Of a stretch of 64,000 nucleotides of DNA, positions 1-12,709 are shown in pieces. Origin of the DNA: Octopus sinensis (lineage: Eukaryota). How positions within the stretch are numbered: position 1 is the first letter of the stretch; every line of letters starts with the position of its first letter. Location of the stretch: assembly GCF_006345805.1 (NCBI RefSeq), contig NC_043008.1, positions 75,268,001-75,332,000 of the forward strand, given 5' to 3'. The notes below the pieces were generated by a model. It worked only from the letters and a program-made list of their open reading frames with translations, was not told the DNA's origin and did not search any database. A program made the position numbers and the translations under genes.

Positions 1-810
1 CTGTCCAGTTCAGTTCGATGGAGAGCGATTAAACCAACTTTTGCATAAAAATACTCGTCAAAACTAGAAGGGAACTGGCAGAAAAAATGGAATGATCCCA
101 CACTGCTATAGAGAAGCATCTTCACTCGATGGGAAATGTTCAGAAGTATGGAGCATGGTTTCCGCAGGCTTTATGTGATAACAACAAAAATTAACGAGCC
201 ACAATCACCGCTGGTTTGCTTGCTTGTCACGCTCAACTCATGGATACAATCAACGATTTCTTTACCGTATCGTTACTGACGACGAAAAATGGTGCCTGTA
301 TATCAAAATGAAGCAGCGAAAGGAATGGCTTATCACCGGTAAACAAGCGACACCGCACGTAAGGCATGATCTTCATCCGCGTAAAACGATGTTGTGCATA
401 TAGTGGGACTGGGAAGGAATTATCCATTACAAATTGCTTGAACGGAACCAAGCGGTCAACGCGGAAGTCTATGTTCAACAGATGGAACGACTCAAGACGC
501 CTATTCAAGAGAAAAACCTTGAAGTTCTTCTGGTGCACGACAACACCCGCTCTCATGTCGCCAATATAACCAAGGGAGCCATTCAAACTCATCGCTGGCA
601 AGTGCTGCCACACCCACAATATTCTCCTGATTTGACACCAACAGATTTCCACCATCTTCGATCTCTTTTAAATGCTAAGCACGGTGTTTCGTTCAATACT
701 GATGCAGAATTGAGAGCTTCGTTGGATCAATTTTTCGAGTTGAAATCGGATGATTTCTACCAACGAGGTATTGAAAATCTTGTTGAATATGACAAGCAAT
801 ATCAGTAACA
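1..810 (+). mobile_element. Degenerate mariner (DD34D-type) transposase relic
   Basis: Broken frames give HTH-like STRELAEK..HTAIEKHLHSMG, RIVTDDEKW, MLCI*WDWEGIIHY, HDNTRSH and HPQYSPDLTPTDFH (YSPDL motif). In-frame stops present. Confidence 0.9.
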
Positions 811-1090
811 AGTCTTTCTTCAGGATACCTTTGTAGTTTCTAAGGTGAAGTGAAGAGAGCAGGTTCTCTGTCTATCTGCTTAAGTTCTTGGAGATTTTAG
901 GTGAAATTATACTAATTTGTCCATCTGTTTTAGTTTTAATTTAATTAAATTCTATGTCTTTATGCAGCTAAGAATTGCTCTGCTTTTATATTGGTGTAAT
1001 GATTGCATTGTTCAATTAAACGGAGTTGCTTGAAACGATCTTAGTGCATTAGCTCTGGATATTCTTGTTGCTTATTTTGATTTTAATCAC

Positions 1091-1149
<59 letters not shown>

Positions 1150-1649
1150 ACCATTAACGGTAAATTTAAACATCACTTTATATAATTAGTGCTCAGCAAA
1201 AAAAATTGCTTTAGCACAAACGGAAATTTTTGAAATAGCATTCCAAAAATTTAGCTATTTCTTCCACTGTAAGAAGAGTCTTCCAGACAATGTATACTCA
1301 AAAATAATTCACGCAGGCTTAGAGGGAAATATAACGAAAGTTTACTCGAAATTAGATCACTCGTGAACGCGTTTCTAGGTTAGTCAGATATAGAGATGCT
1401 AGAAATACATCCCTGTTGTAACATTCCCGTCATCAGCACAGAGATTTCATTAAATTTATATTTAAGAACACTAAAAATCGAACATACCCATCTGATTTGA
1501 GTAACCTCAGACAAACCATCTCCGACATACAGTACTAACGAATTCAAAACATACGAATGAGGCTCCGCATCTTCCCCTGTCCCCCCCCCCACGTGAGTTA
1601 TAGAGCAACAAATTCCTACAGAAGAATCGGTAGTTTATTATCAGGCAGA

Positions 1650-1704
<55 letters not shown>

Positions 1705-1730
1705 CATATACATATATCTGTATATATATA

Positions 1731-1822
<92 letters not shown>

Positions 1823-1829
<7 letters not shown>

Positions 1830-2066
1830 TCGCCAAGCTAATATGGCAGTCCATAAATATAGAACGAAAGCTGCCGTTGATTAGCTCCAAGAGGCCAACG
1901 CCTCTAAGTCACTCTAAAGGAGATTAGGACAGCGGTACTGGATATTAATAGTTGGAGCTAATCAGCAGCAGCTTTCATCCTATATTTATGGAGTGCCATA
2001 TTAGCTTGGCGATAACTATTAATATCCAGTACCGTTGACGTAGTCGCCTTTAGAGAGACTTAGAAG
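1823..2066. repeat. Interleaved inverted repeat A-B-A'-B' of a dispersed repeat; related copy at ~13990-14095
   Basis: 1823-1890 is the near reverse complement of 1952-2019, and 1901-1951 of ~2015-2066. The same ttggagctaatcaacggcagc sequence recurs at ~14016. Confidence 0.85.
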
Positions 2067-2691
2067 TAATAATATTTCTATTATCTATATATATATGTAT
2101 ATACATATACATACATGCATACATACATACACACACACACACACATACACACACAGACATACATATATATATATACATATATAAAGTTAATCCAAACAAG
2201 AAAGCAAAAAGACAACAACGCGAGGATGTGGAACAAATAAAGTATTATTGGGCGCTCAGGAAAAAAGGGAAGAAGGAGGGTATGACGTTTCGAGCGGAGC
2301 TCTTCGTCGGAAACATAGGAGAAAGAAAGATCCCGAGGTGGGAGGACAGAGGGAAAAAAAATGCAAGTGGTCTTCACGAGGTCAACATACTGGTCAACAC
2401 ACAAGGTCAACATATATATATATTTATTTATATATATAGTTTTTGTATGACCACCTCACTTGTGTGGTCCACACCACTAAAAGTTTCACGCACATGGAAC
2501 CCATGTACATTTTTCAGGCGGCAGCCGTACCATCAGATATAAGCAGTTTAAATATTAGACCGAATTTAAAAACGGGACGAAAGAAACCCAATAATTGGAT
2601 TCCTTTCGCCCCGTTTTGAAATTGACGAACCGGTGTGTGTGTTAAATAATAAGGCATAAAAAGAGAAAGGCTCTCTCTCCACACACACACA

Positions 2692-2704
<13 letters not shown>

Positions 2705-2728
<24 letters not shown>

Positions 2729-4002
2729 GTATATGTATATAACTCTGTGTGTGTCTGTGTCCCCTGCCCACGCACTTCTTGACAACCGGTGTTGGTGTGT
2801 TTTCGTCCGCATAACTTAGAGGTTCGCCAAAAGAAAACGATAAACTAAGTACTAGGATTTAAAATTGCCCTGGGATCGGTTTGTTCAACTAAAACTACTT
2901 AAAGTGGTGCCCCAGCATGACCGCAGTCAAATAACTGAAACAAATAATAGATAAGAAGACTCCATGTGTGTGTGTGTAAGCTATCTAAAAGTGTAGGAAA
3001 AGACCGAAACATGTAAAATCAAATCAAATATGAACTGTTTCTGAGTGACCATGTTAGTTGTTACATTATCTGGCCTCGGAACTAAGCGACTGTCGAGCAG
3101 CTCTATAACAAGCATTGTATTAACAACCATGCATTTTCCTTTGGCTATATCAACAAGGAAATTATTATGTGTTTTTTAGGAAGTTTCTATGGTTTAGGAG
3201 TTAAGTAAAACAGCATAGAAGGATTTATATGTAAGGCTTCTTTTGGGGACAGATAATATCATTAATACATTACTGCGAGCAAACTAGATAATGTTTTTAT
3301 ATAAATATTATCCTAGGGAATACACACAGGCACACACGCAAACTCACACACACACACACACACACAACACACACACACACACATATATGTATATGTATAT
3401 AACTCTGTGTGTGTCTGTGTCCCCTGCCCACGCACTTCTTGACAACCGGTGTTGGTGTGTTTTCGTCCGCATAACTTAGAGGTTCGCCAAAAGAAAACGA
3501 TAAACTAAGTACTAGGATTTAAAATTGCCCTGGGATCGGTTTGTTCAACTAAAACTACTTAAAGTGGTGCCCCAGCATGACCGCAGTCAAATAACTGAAA
3601 CAAATAATAGATAAGAAGACTCCATGTGTGTGTGTGTAAGCTATCTAAAAGTGTAGGAAAAGACCGAAACATGTAAAATCAAATCAAATATGAACTGTTT
3701 CTGAGTGACCATGTTAGTTGTTACATTATCTGGCCTCGGAACTAAGCGACTGTCGAGCAGCTCTATAACAAGCATTGTATTAACAACCATGCATTTTCCT
3801 TTGGCTATATCAACAAGGAAATTATTATGTGTTTTTTAGGAAGTTTCTATGGTTTAGGAGTTAAGTAAAACAGCATAGAAGGATTTATATGTAAGGCTTC
3901 TTTTGGGGACAGATAATATCATTAATACATTACTGCGAGCAAACTAGATAATGTTTTTATATAAATATTATCCTAGGGAATACACACAGGCACACACGCA
4001 AA

Positions 4003-4030
<28 letters not shown>
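2705..4030. repeat. Exact 660-bp tandem duplication bounded by (CA)n; each unit carries a SINE tail
   Basis: Lines 2761 and 3421 onward match at offset 660. ORFs at 3291 and 3951 start identically. Confidence 0.95.
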
Positions 4031-4044
<14 letters not shown>

Positions 4045-4363
4045 CACACACACATACACACACACTTACACACACAGAGGCACGCATTTTACTGGCAGAA
4101 ATGAAATTTATTTGTAAAGCATGTATTCGGTTACTGCAGACATGCCAGTACTAAGTTTAAATTTGTCCCATTGTCCCTTCTGATCTTGTCCAGAAAATAT
4201 TACTGAATATAAGGCGACGATCAGTATGTCGGTATATACATATAGTCTTGGTTAAAATTTATACATATGCCATGTAGTACAGGTTACTACAAAACATTGA
4301 ACATTGTCAGCACAAAAGAAATTTATGCGCTTTAACACTCGTTAACATTCGTTATTTCATAAT

Positions 4364-4975
4364 TTTCACATTCGCATTTTGCTAAATCAGCCATAAATGT
4401 GTATGGTAAATATATATACTGATAGTGGGGACGTAACCAAACCATCAAGCGATGGAGTTGTCACTAGTGATCAGCTTGTAATTTTGAGGTGAAACTAGTC
4501 TGGTATAGTGATTGAGCTTCACTGTTGGTCAGTTATCGTCCCAGTCAGTATGTGAAAATATACTTTCATGCGGATCTAAATGCTTTTAAATGTTATTCCT
4601 AGCAATATAGGTGGTACGCGGCACCCTCAGTCACAATTGGTGGCAATTATTTTTTTCATTTTAGTTTTATAATGCGTATAGCTGCCTTCGTTATTTTATA
4701 GTTATTAATTTCACATTAGCAATTTGCTAATTCACCCACAAATTTATATGGTATATTTATATATATATCTATATATATATATATACTGACAGTCACGATT
4801 TAGAGAAACCATCCACCGATGGAATAGTCACTACTAATAAGCTCGTAATTTTTAAGCGAAACTAGTCCAGTATAGTGATCTAGCTTTATTGTGGGACTGA
4901 TATCTCGCAATTACTGACGACTAAACCTTTCCTGTTTGGTTTTATATTGCGTATAGCTGCCTTTGTTATTTTACA
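4364..4975. repeat. Old diverged tandem duplication (~345-bp period)
   Basis: ttcacatt(c/a)gca(t/a)tttgctaa, aaactagtc, gtatagtgat and tgcgtatagctgcctt each occur twice in the same order. Confidence 0.7.
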
Positions 4976-5148
4976 CACTCGCATACACATACGCACACGT
5001 GCGCGCGCGCATGCACACACGCACGCACACATATACATGAACACACATTCACTCACATACACACTCACATGCAAAGTTTAGGTTAGGTAAAATATGTTTG
5101 TAACATATTTCAACTGGCAAAAGACAATTTCACTGTAGTTACTGTAGA

Positions 5149-5598
5149 TAATTTTTTCTTTTATGCTAAAAAGATGTGAAAACACACTATCTGTTCAGTG
5201 TCGCCATCCACCAGAATTCCCAGACATCGATGTTTCTAGATCGTTGGCTTTTATCAATGTGAAGTACCTAAAAGAAGCAACTCTGAATAAATCTTATAAA
5301 GTGTTAGCTTTAAGTAAAATACAGTCAACAACGTTGACTGACTTGCACTGGTAGATGGCTAGATCGTGGAAATTACCGAAATATTAGCACCAAGCAGTGT
5401 TTTAGCATCAGCAAAGCTGTTAACTCTATTTTACATACAGCTATTACTTTATAAGATCTGTTCAGAATTGCCTCTCTTAGGGACTTCCGATCGATAGAAG
5501 CCACGAGCTAGAAACATCGTGCCTCGGAACCCTAATGGATGTCGACACTGAACAGATAGGGTGTTTTCACACAGTTTTACCATAAGAGAAAAGAATTG
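5149..5598. mobile_element. Foldback / MITE-like long imperfect palindrome
   Basis: ~190-bp arms align in reverse complement (gtgaaaacac.ctatctgttcagtgtcg.catcca; gatgtttctag.tcgt; tcttataaagt), with a loop of about 65 bp. Confidence 0.8.
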
Positions 5599-6232
5599 TC
5601 TTCAGTAATCCTATGAATTTGCCTTGTGTGTGCATATGCATAATCATACATGCTTATTCCAGTTACACACAAATACATACACATACATGCATATATATGC
5701 ATACACACAGAGATATATACATATGTATGTGTACATTATTATTCCATGATATTTTATTCTTGTCTCTTATTGAATTTCTTTTCAAACTTTGTGAACTTTA
5801 TTTCCGAAATCTTCACACAATATTACATTATTAAATAAATGAAAACTCATTTCATATTAAAAAATATCTAATTTCAACCCAAGCTGTAAACAAACCGTTA
5901 TCTAAGCATCGATATTTCTATTGTAAACAACGTATAAGAATGTGTAGGTAAATATCTTTTAATTCAGTATATGGATAAAGATCAATAAAAGTAAACGCAG
6001 TACGTGGAAATGCGATGTTATCAACGTGATATGACATATATCGATCACGTTGGTGGTGATGGGAGCTTGTGGATTACTGTTATTATTTACTTGGTTATAT
6101 TTATATGATACTCACCAATTGCTTCATTAAGTAAACTCGTTGTTTTCAGGTAAATGCTCTTTAATATGAGCGGCGTCGCCGTCAAAATCAAAATAGATAA
6201 CAACGTAACATTAACTCGCATACACTACTTGA

Positions 6233-6284
<52 letters not shown>

Positions 6285-6290
6285 ATATAT

Positions 6291-6426
6291 AATTGTTTGT
6301 ACATGTGTTTCTTATGTGTCTGTATGTGTTTGGGATTGCGTGAGTATGTTTATATATATATATATAAACATACTCACGCAATCCCAAACACATACAGACA
6401 CATAAGAGACACATGTACAAACAATT
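6291..6426. repeat. Near-perfect palindrome centred on (TA)n
   Basis: 62-bp arms with one mismatch; the two ORF-track translations on opposite strands are almost identical. Confidence 0.95.
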
Positions 6427-6926
6427 ACACGCACACAGTCACCCACACATACACACACGTAAGCACACACACATACACTAAAAAAACAGCACGTATGAAG
6501 TGAAAGCTCATATCTCTTTATACCTGTTTACAATAACAGATTGAATATACATAAATGCATTGTAATTTACATAAATACATGTATATATGCAATGCATATA
6601 TATATATATATATATGTATATGTGTGTATACACACACATAAATATATGAATGCTTCTATATATGCATATTTAATATGCATACATATATGCACACACAATA
6701 TAGACACATATGTGAGCGTGTATATATATATATATATAAAATATAGTGTAATAGTGCATATATATAATATATAATATATATATAATGTATTAGTGTGTGT
6801 ATGTGCAAAAATCTATGTGCGTTTATATCTATATATATATGTGTTTTTGTATGCTATACTCATGCACACATACTCACGCAAATATTAATGTATCCCTAGG
6901 TCTATATCTTAATGTGTATATATATA

Positions 6927-6960
<34 letters not shown>

Positions 6961-8163
6961 TCTTGTAAATGCTGAGGTATATTATTTCTGCAAATTAGTT
7001 AACAATCAGGAGCGAATGTTTTCAATGCCCTTTCGCTTCTGTCGCCTTACTTTGAATTTTTCCCAAATCAATTTACTCCAATTATTACTTCACTGCATTC
7101 ATCCCAGTGAAATAAAGGTACCCCTTTAATTAGATTATTGTCGCCGTTGTCTATGACACATCGTTGATAACATTCAAATTATATACTACATATGACAATC
7201 ATGACGATGTCTATAGGTTATAATAGTAAAGACGCAAAATGAGTTACATAAATCAACTTGGAAAACATGTTGGATACGTAAAGCAATTTTGTTGCAGTGA
7301 TTGAACCAAGAAAGACTTATTCTTTACCAATTATTTGTCAGCGCAACTGTATTTACGTTCTTCATTATTATATTTCGATTTGCATCCGTGTACTTCCGTA
7401 AACATACGTACAGTTTTCGCTCTTGTTTGTTTTTTGTTTGTTTCTTTAATACACACACACACATATATATGTATGTATTGCTGTATATATATGTATATAT
7501 TGTGTGCATACAGTTAGATCTATGAATATTACTGCATGAGTTAGAGATCCATGTAAATATCATTATCCAATCAGCTTCCACTATAGTGGTTAGATCACTG
7601 TACTTAGCAGACAACCTGCTTACAATATGCAAGTAGAAATGCAGTAGAAAATTAAAATAAAGATAGATGTAGATTATTAATTCTTACGTACGTTTTACCA
7701 TTCCAGTTATTCGGAACTCAACATTGGCTGTTCCAAATTTATTCGGTTGCCTAACTGCAATGGATCATCGGTAGAACACTTAAATGCACGTTACAGCTAT
7801 CTGATATCGCTGATATGAGATCCCTTATCATAAAGCATCCAAATGTACTTGGAACATCCAATACTGTTTTCCAAGAAGCTGGAAATTAGAAATTAAAATG
7901 GCAAGGGAATAAGAAATTGTCATGAACTCCATTAGCTTACAGCTGTTTCGATTATAAGATGCAATCCACTCATAATTGTACTTCATTTCGTATGCTGTGA
8001 TGAAGCTATAGGGTGATACACAAGCACTCTACTGTGAGTGCATTGCATCTTCAATTTCGTATTCCTTTGTCACTTTAATTTCCAATTAATGCGTTATATT
8101 CACATGTGTTTTTTTCTGAAACATATGTATACTGTGTATTAGTATCATTATGCCGAAGCGAAA

Positions 8164-8236
<73 letters not shown>

Positions 8237-8329
8237 TTATTATTATTATTATTATTAATATTCTTCTTCTTTTTCTTATTATTATTAGTATTATTATCAT
8301 TATTATTATTATCATTATTATTCTATGTT

Positions 8330-9130
8330 TGACTTTTGCTTTATGTCTGTACAAGTTGGCTCCAAGTCTCACCCAGAGACCTCAAGAGACAACAGGTTGG
8401 AAGTTCTGTGCCATATATTTGGTTTTTTTTTTTTTTTTTTGGTGTTGTACTAGTGAATGTCTAATACATAAAAATAAAAAAATAAATAAATAAAATGTTT
8501 GTTTTAAACCTTGGGATTACATAGAGAGTATTTTGCGTAGGATATGAGCAGTTCCCATGAGCACTATCTTTTGAATTTCTGCCATTTTGTGGTTTCCTGG
8601 TATCTGAGTTAGGTAGCAATCAGTCCCTTTCGCTATCATTCCCAGGGCACCTATGACAACAGGTATTGTTTTAGTCTTCAGCTTCCACATTTTGCTGATT
8701 TCTATTTCAAGATCTTTATATTTGCTCAGTTTTTGGTAGGTCTTGACAGATACGTTTATATCGATTGGGACAGTCATATCAATGAGGAGGCATGTTCTTT
8801 GTCTGAAGTCTTTCAATATGATGTCTGGCCTATTTGCATCTATCTTCCTGTCAGTTTGAATGGTGAAGTTCCAGAGGAGTGAGATGTGGTCATTTTCAAG
8901 CACAGGAGGTGGATTGTGTTCCCACCAGTTTTTTCATGGGGCAAATCCAGGTTTTTGCAAATTACCCAGTGAATATATTGTGCAGCTCTATCATGCCTAC
9001 TGAGGTACTCTGTAGGCGCTAGAAGACTGCACTTGGAGACAACATGATCAATGGTTTCATTTTGTTGTTGACATACATGACATGTTGGTCTAATGCCGTT
9101 CTTTAATATGTCACTTTGATGTTATGCACT
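8330..9130 (-). mobile_element. 5'-truncated R4/Dong-like LINE 3' end (CCHC finger, RLE endonuclease, 3' UTR)
   Basis: LLWNFTIQTDRKIDANRPDII..LIDMTVPIDINVSVKTYQKLSKYKDLEIEI. The 3' UTR matches 55036-55130. Flanked by (AAT/ATT)n. Confidence 0.9.
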
Positions 9131-9565
9131 GCTCTCACACTGAATAATAATAATGATAATGACTTTGATAATGATGATGATGATATATGCATATATATGT
9201 AGATACATGTATGTATTTACATATATAAATACATACATATATGTTTACCTACATATACATGTATATAACTATGTATAGATTTATATCATATATGCGCGTA
9301 TGAAGAGGAAGGTATAGAACATTAATTTACAACGCTGGTTTACTTGGATGAGTAAATATGGCAGATACACACAAAAGCGTGAGCATATACATGCGTATAC
9401 ATATGTGCATATCTACAAACGTGCATGCAAATAAGCATTTGGTTTTATGTGTTCTTTAAAGATTTTAGCGAAATTTTCAGATCATCATCGGTAACATGCA
9501 ATAAACTGGTTGAACCACAATTAACGACGACTAATTGGTTTGTAGATTAATAGAACGAAAATCTA

Positions 9566-9571
9566 TTTATT
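9566..9571 (-). terminator. Candidate polyadenylation signal AATAAA for the protease gene
   Basis: tttatt on the + strand about 205 nt past the stop codon. Common by chance in AT-rich DNA. Confidence 0.3.
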
Positions 9572-9775
9572 CAACAAAAAACAAAATAAGATCTGTAATA
9601 TTCTGCAGTCCATTATAGTCTAAAGAAAAAAAATCAGTAAACAATAATGAAGCCAGAACACATAATTATCTGCCTTAATTAACTATTTTAACCAGTAAAA
9701 ACATCATACACGGAAATAGACATTCAGGGCAGAAGAAATACTCAGAAGAAATAATTATTTGAAACATCGCATGCT

Positions 9776-10189
9776 TTATTTAGCATTCATGTGGGCTCCT
9801 TTGATAAAGGAGTGCATGAAATTATAAACATCGTGTCCTATTTGGTGATAATCCATTGTATAGAAATGATATTCAGCATCATGCATATATTTTTCTCCCA
9901 GATCGTCACCATCATTTTCATCGTCTTCAGTATTGTGATAATAATCGTCCTCCCGATCTTCGTCACGTTCACCATTTCCGATTTGCTGTTGTGTGGGACA
10001 AGTTACAGGCTGAATTGGCATCTCGTTTGGATATTTTCTCATATAGTTGATCCACGAAAGGTAATCAGCAACTTTAGTATATACAGCTACACCATTTTGG
10101 CAATCATTGTACCCAAACGAAGTAATCCCCGCTACAACCAAAGCATTATCCGAATGTCGCCGGCACATCAAAGGGGTTCCAGAATCTCC
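9776..10189 (-). CDS. S1 serine protease, last exon (catalytic Ser plus acidic His/Tyr-rich tail)
   Basis: Acceptor tttctaaAG, phase 0. Translates GDSGTPLMCRR..GITSFGYNDCQNGVAVYTKVADYLSWIN plus an 89-aa tail, ending in TAA. Confidence 0.95.
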   Translation of the reverse strand, partial: GDSGTPLMCRRHSDNALVVAGITSFGYNDCQNGVAVYTKVADYLSWINYMRKYPNEMPIQPVTCPTQQQIGNGERDEDREDDYYHNTEDDENDGDDLGEKYMHDAEYHFYTMDYHQIGHDVYNFMHSFIKGAHMNAK

Positions 10190-10449
10190 CTTTAGAAATT
10201 AGAAAATGATATGCAAATAATATTGTTTTGTTACTGGCATCGATCATCGATTTATAAAATACCAATCTACAGTTAAATGTGCAATGTCACAAGCAATTAT
10301 ATAGTATCGCTTAAGTAAACGAGATGCCAATAACCATTTTAAGGAAGATAAAATAGATTAAAATTGAAATTCTTTTGTTGCTGAGGACGCTGTGGAGTGG
10401 ATGTAATAAATAATTTACATAAATAAATAATTTATATATATATATGCAC

Positions 10450-10502
<53 letters not shown>

Positions 10503-10605
10503 TGTATGTATGTATGTATGTATGTATGTATGCATGTATGTATGTATGTAGAAGGTTGAAAAGAAACACACGAGGTGATATATATGGAAGAAAGTGTCAA
10601 GGTAG

Positions 10606-11155
10606 AAATTGCTAAAAGAATTTTATAAAAATATTTCAGTACCGGTTTCAGTCATTGAGGTTTTTTAGCTGTACGTATTGAAAACAATTAAATTTTGGAA
10701 AAATTAAAAGAAAAGTTTTTTACAAGAATATTTACATAGTATTCAAATACAAGAGGCATTTTCCTTGTTTCTGCCTGTCTCTGTCTCACTTGTGAGTTCG
10801 AGGTCGAGGCAGAAACAAGGAAAATGCCCCTTGTATTTGAATACTCTTTTACTCTTTTACTTGTTTCAGTCGTTTAACTGCGGCCATGCAAGAGCACCGC
10901 CTTTTAGTCGAGCATATCGACCCCAGAACTTATTTTTTATAAGACTAGTACTTATTCTAACGGTCTTTTTTGCCGAACCGCAAAGTTACGGGCAAAGTAA
11001 CACACCAGTATCGGTTGTTAAGCGATGTTGATTCTTTTTAAAAACTTTTCTTTTAATCTTTCCAAAATTTAATTGTTTTCCATACTTACAGTTGAAAAGG
11101 TCTCAATGGCTGAAACAGGTACTGAAATGTTTTTCATAAAATTATTTTAGCATTT
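10606..11155. mobile_element. Inverted pair of ~122-bp Penelope-type repeat ends with HHR-like motifs, enclosing a SINE tail (10845-11030)
   Basis: 10606-10729 is the reverse complement of ~11031-11155 (roughly 85% by eye). Both arms carry GAAAC(C/A)GGTA. Confidence 0.7.
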
Positions 11156-11273
11156 TGTATCTTGACTCTTTTTTCCATATATATATATATATGAATATAT
11201 GTATCTATTTATACATATGTGTGTGTATATATGTGTTTATATATAGTCATATACTTCCCGTTACAGTATATAT

Positions 11274-11327
<54 letters not shown>

Positions 11328-11381
11328 CAGATGGAGAGAGAAAGATATTTACTACTCTCTCCCTCTCTGTTTCTCTGTATG

Positions 11382-11416
<35 letters not shown>

Positions 11417-12129
11417 TATATATATATATAGAATTTGAGAAAAAGGAAGAGGGAGAAAGAGAAGAAAATATAAGGATAAGTGAGTCAGGCAAGTTAAATA
11501 TTAAATATATTAAATACTTAAATGTTTGAAATGCTAAATATGTTTATATGTTTACATACAAAAAGGCCCGAGGTAAACATAATAGAAATGATATCAAGAA
11601 TTAAAAGGATTGAAGGAAAGTATTACAAATCCAAAAGGGGTTTTGGTGGGCTCGGTAGTCCAAAATAATGTTTGTAGATTGATCGACAGCTAGCAAGCCA
11701 AGCTACTCCAAATTAATGACGAGCAATGACTCAGACACTAGTCTGTGGTTGCTGGCTTTGCTGGGTGGATGTGCTTATCTCACCATTTGTAAATATAAAG
11801 ACACAGGAAATGTGTGAAGGCCGACAGGAAGCAGTGCTTCCTTGGGCTAAATAGCAGTAGTATTATTCCCTTTCATGAGACTGTCACATTAAGTTGACAA
11901 CATACCACAAATTTATCGTGTTACTACTGCATAGATCTCTCTGACAAATTTATAAATGTATTAAATATATATATATATATATTTAAAATAATAAGGGTGA
12001 ACAATTGAATATTAATTTAATTAATATCAATTGAAAACCAGTGTTCTAGCATATCGAAAAATCTGAAGTTTCAGAAAAAATTATATTACATACATATAAG
12101 AGGGATGTCCACTTACAGGTCATCTCTCT

Positions 12130-12203
<74 letters not shown>

Positions 12204-12300
12204 TTAATGTAGGATAAAATATTTTCGAAAAAAAGTTTTTATCTATGGCCGTCATATTAAAAAATACCTTTAAATGTTAAATTTATAAAAGTTGTGTGTA

Positions 12301-12370
<70 letters not shown>

Positions 12371-12572
12371 GAGAGAGAGAGAGAGGAAGAGAGAGAGAGA
12401 GGAAGAGAGAGACATACATATATATACTCATGCGTATACACGTTGTTTCGAGTATATATTTCATAGTGTCAGTCATTATTAACTTTATTGGAAACATGCA
12501 TGTCTAGTTACCTTATGAAGGTTGAAATTCTGATGAGCACAATTAAATATGCTGAATGTTAAATCAACTCAC

Positions 12573-12709
12573 GTGACATGCTTCAATGTTATTCGAAGCT
12601 GACCCAGCACAGAACTGCGATGAGATTAAACCACCAAACATATTTTGACAAAACGAGGTTGGATACCACTGAACTTTACCGTACTGGAGTCGGTCAGGAT
12701 ACTTGCCGT
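12573..12709 (-). CDS. S1 serine protease exon (C168/C182/C191 region)
   Basis: Acceptor ctatttcAG, donor GTGAGT, 137 nt, phase 1 to 0. Translates (N)GKYPDRLQYGKVQWYPTSFCQNMFGGLISSQFCAGSASNNIEACH and joins in frame to GDSG. Confidence 0.95.

Noticed and set aside
7690-7880. Exon-like segment on - with a good acceptor and donor
   Set aside because: All three frames hit stops, there is no recognisable homology, and it lies beyond the protease stop codon.
9791-10195. 134-aa hydrophobic + strand ORF
   Set aside because: It is the antisense shadow of the protease last exon.
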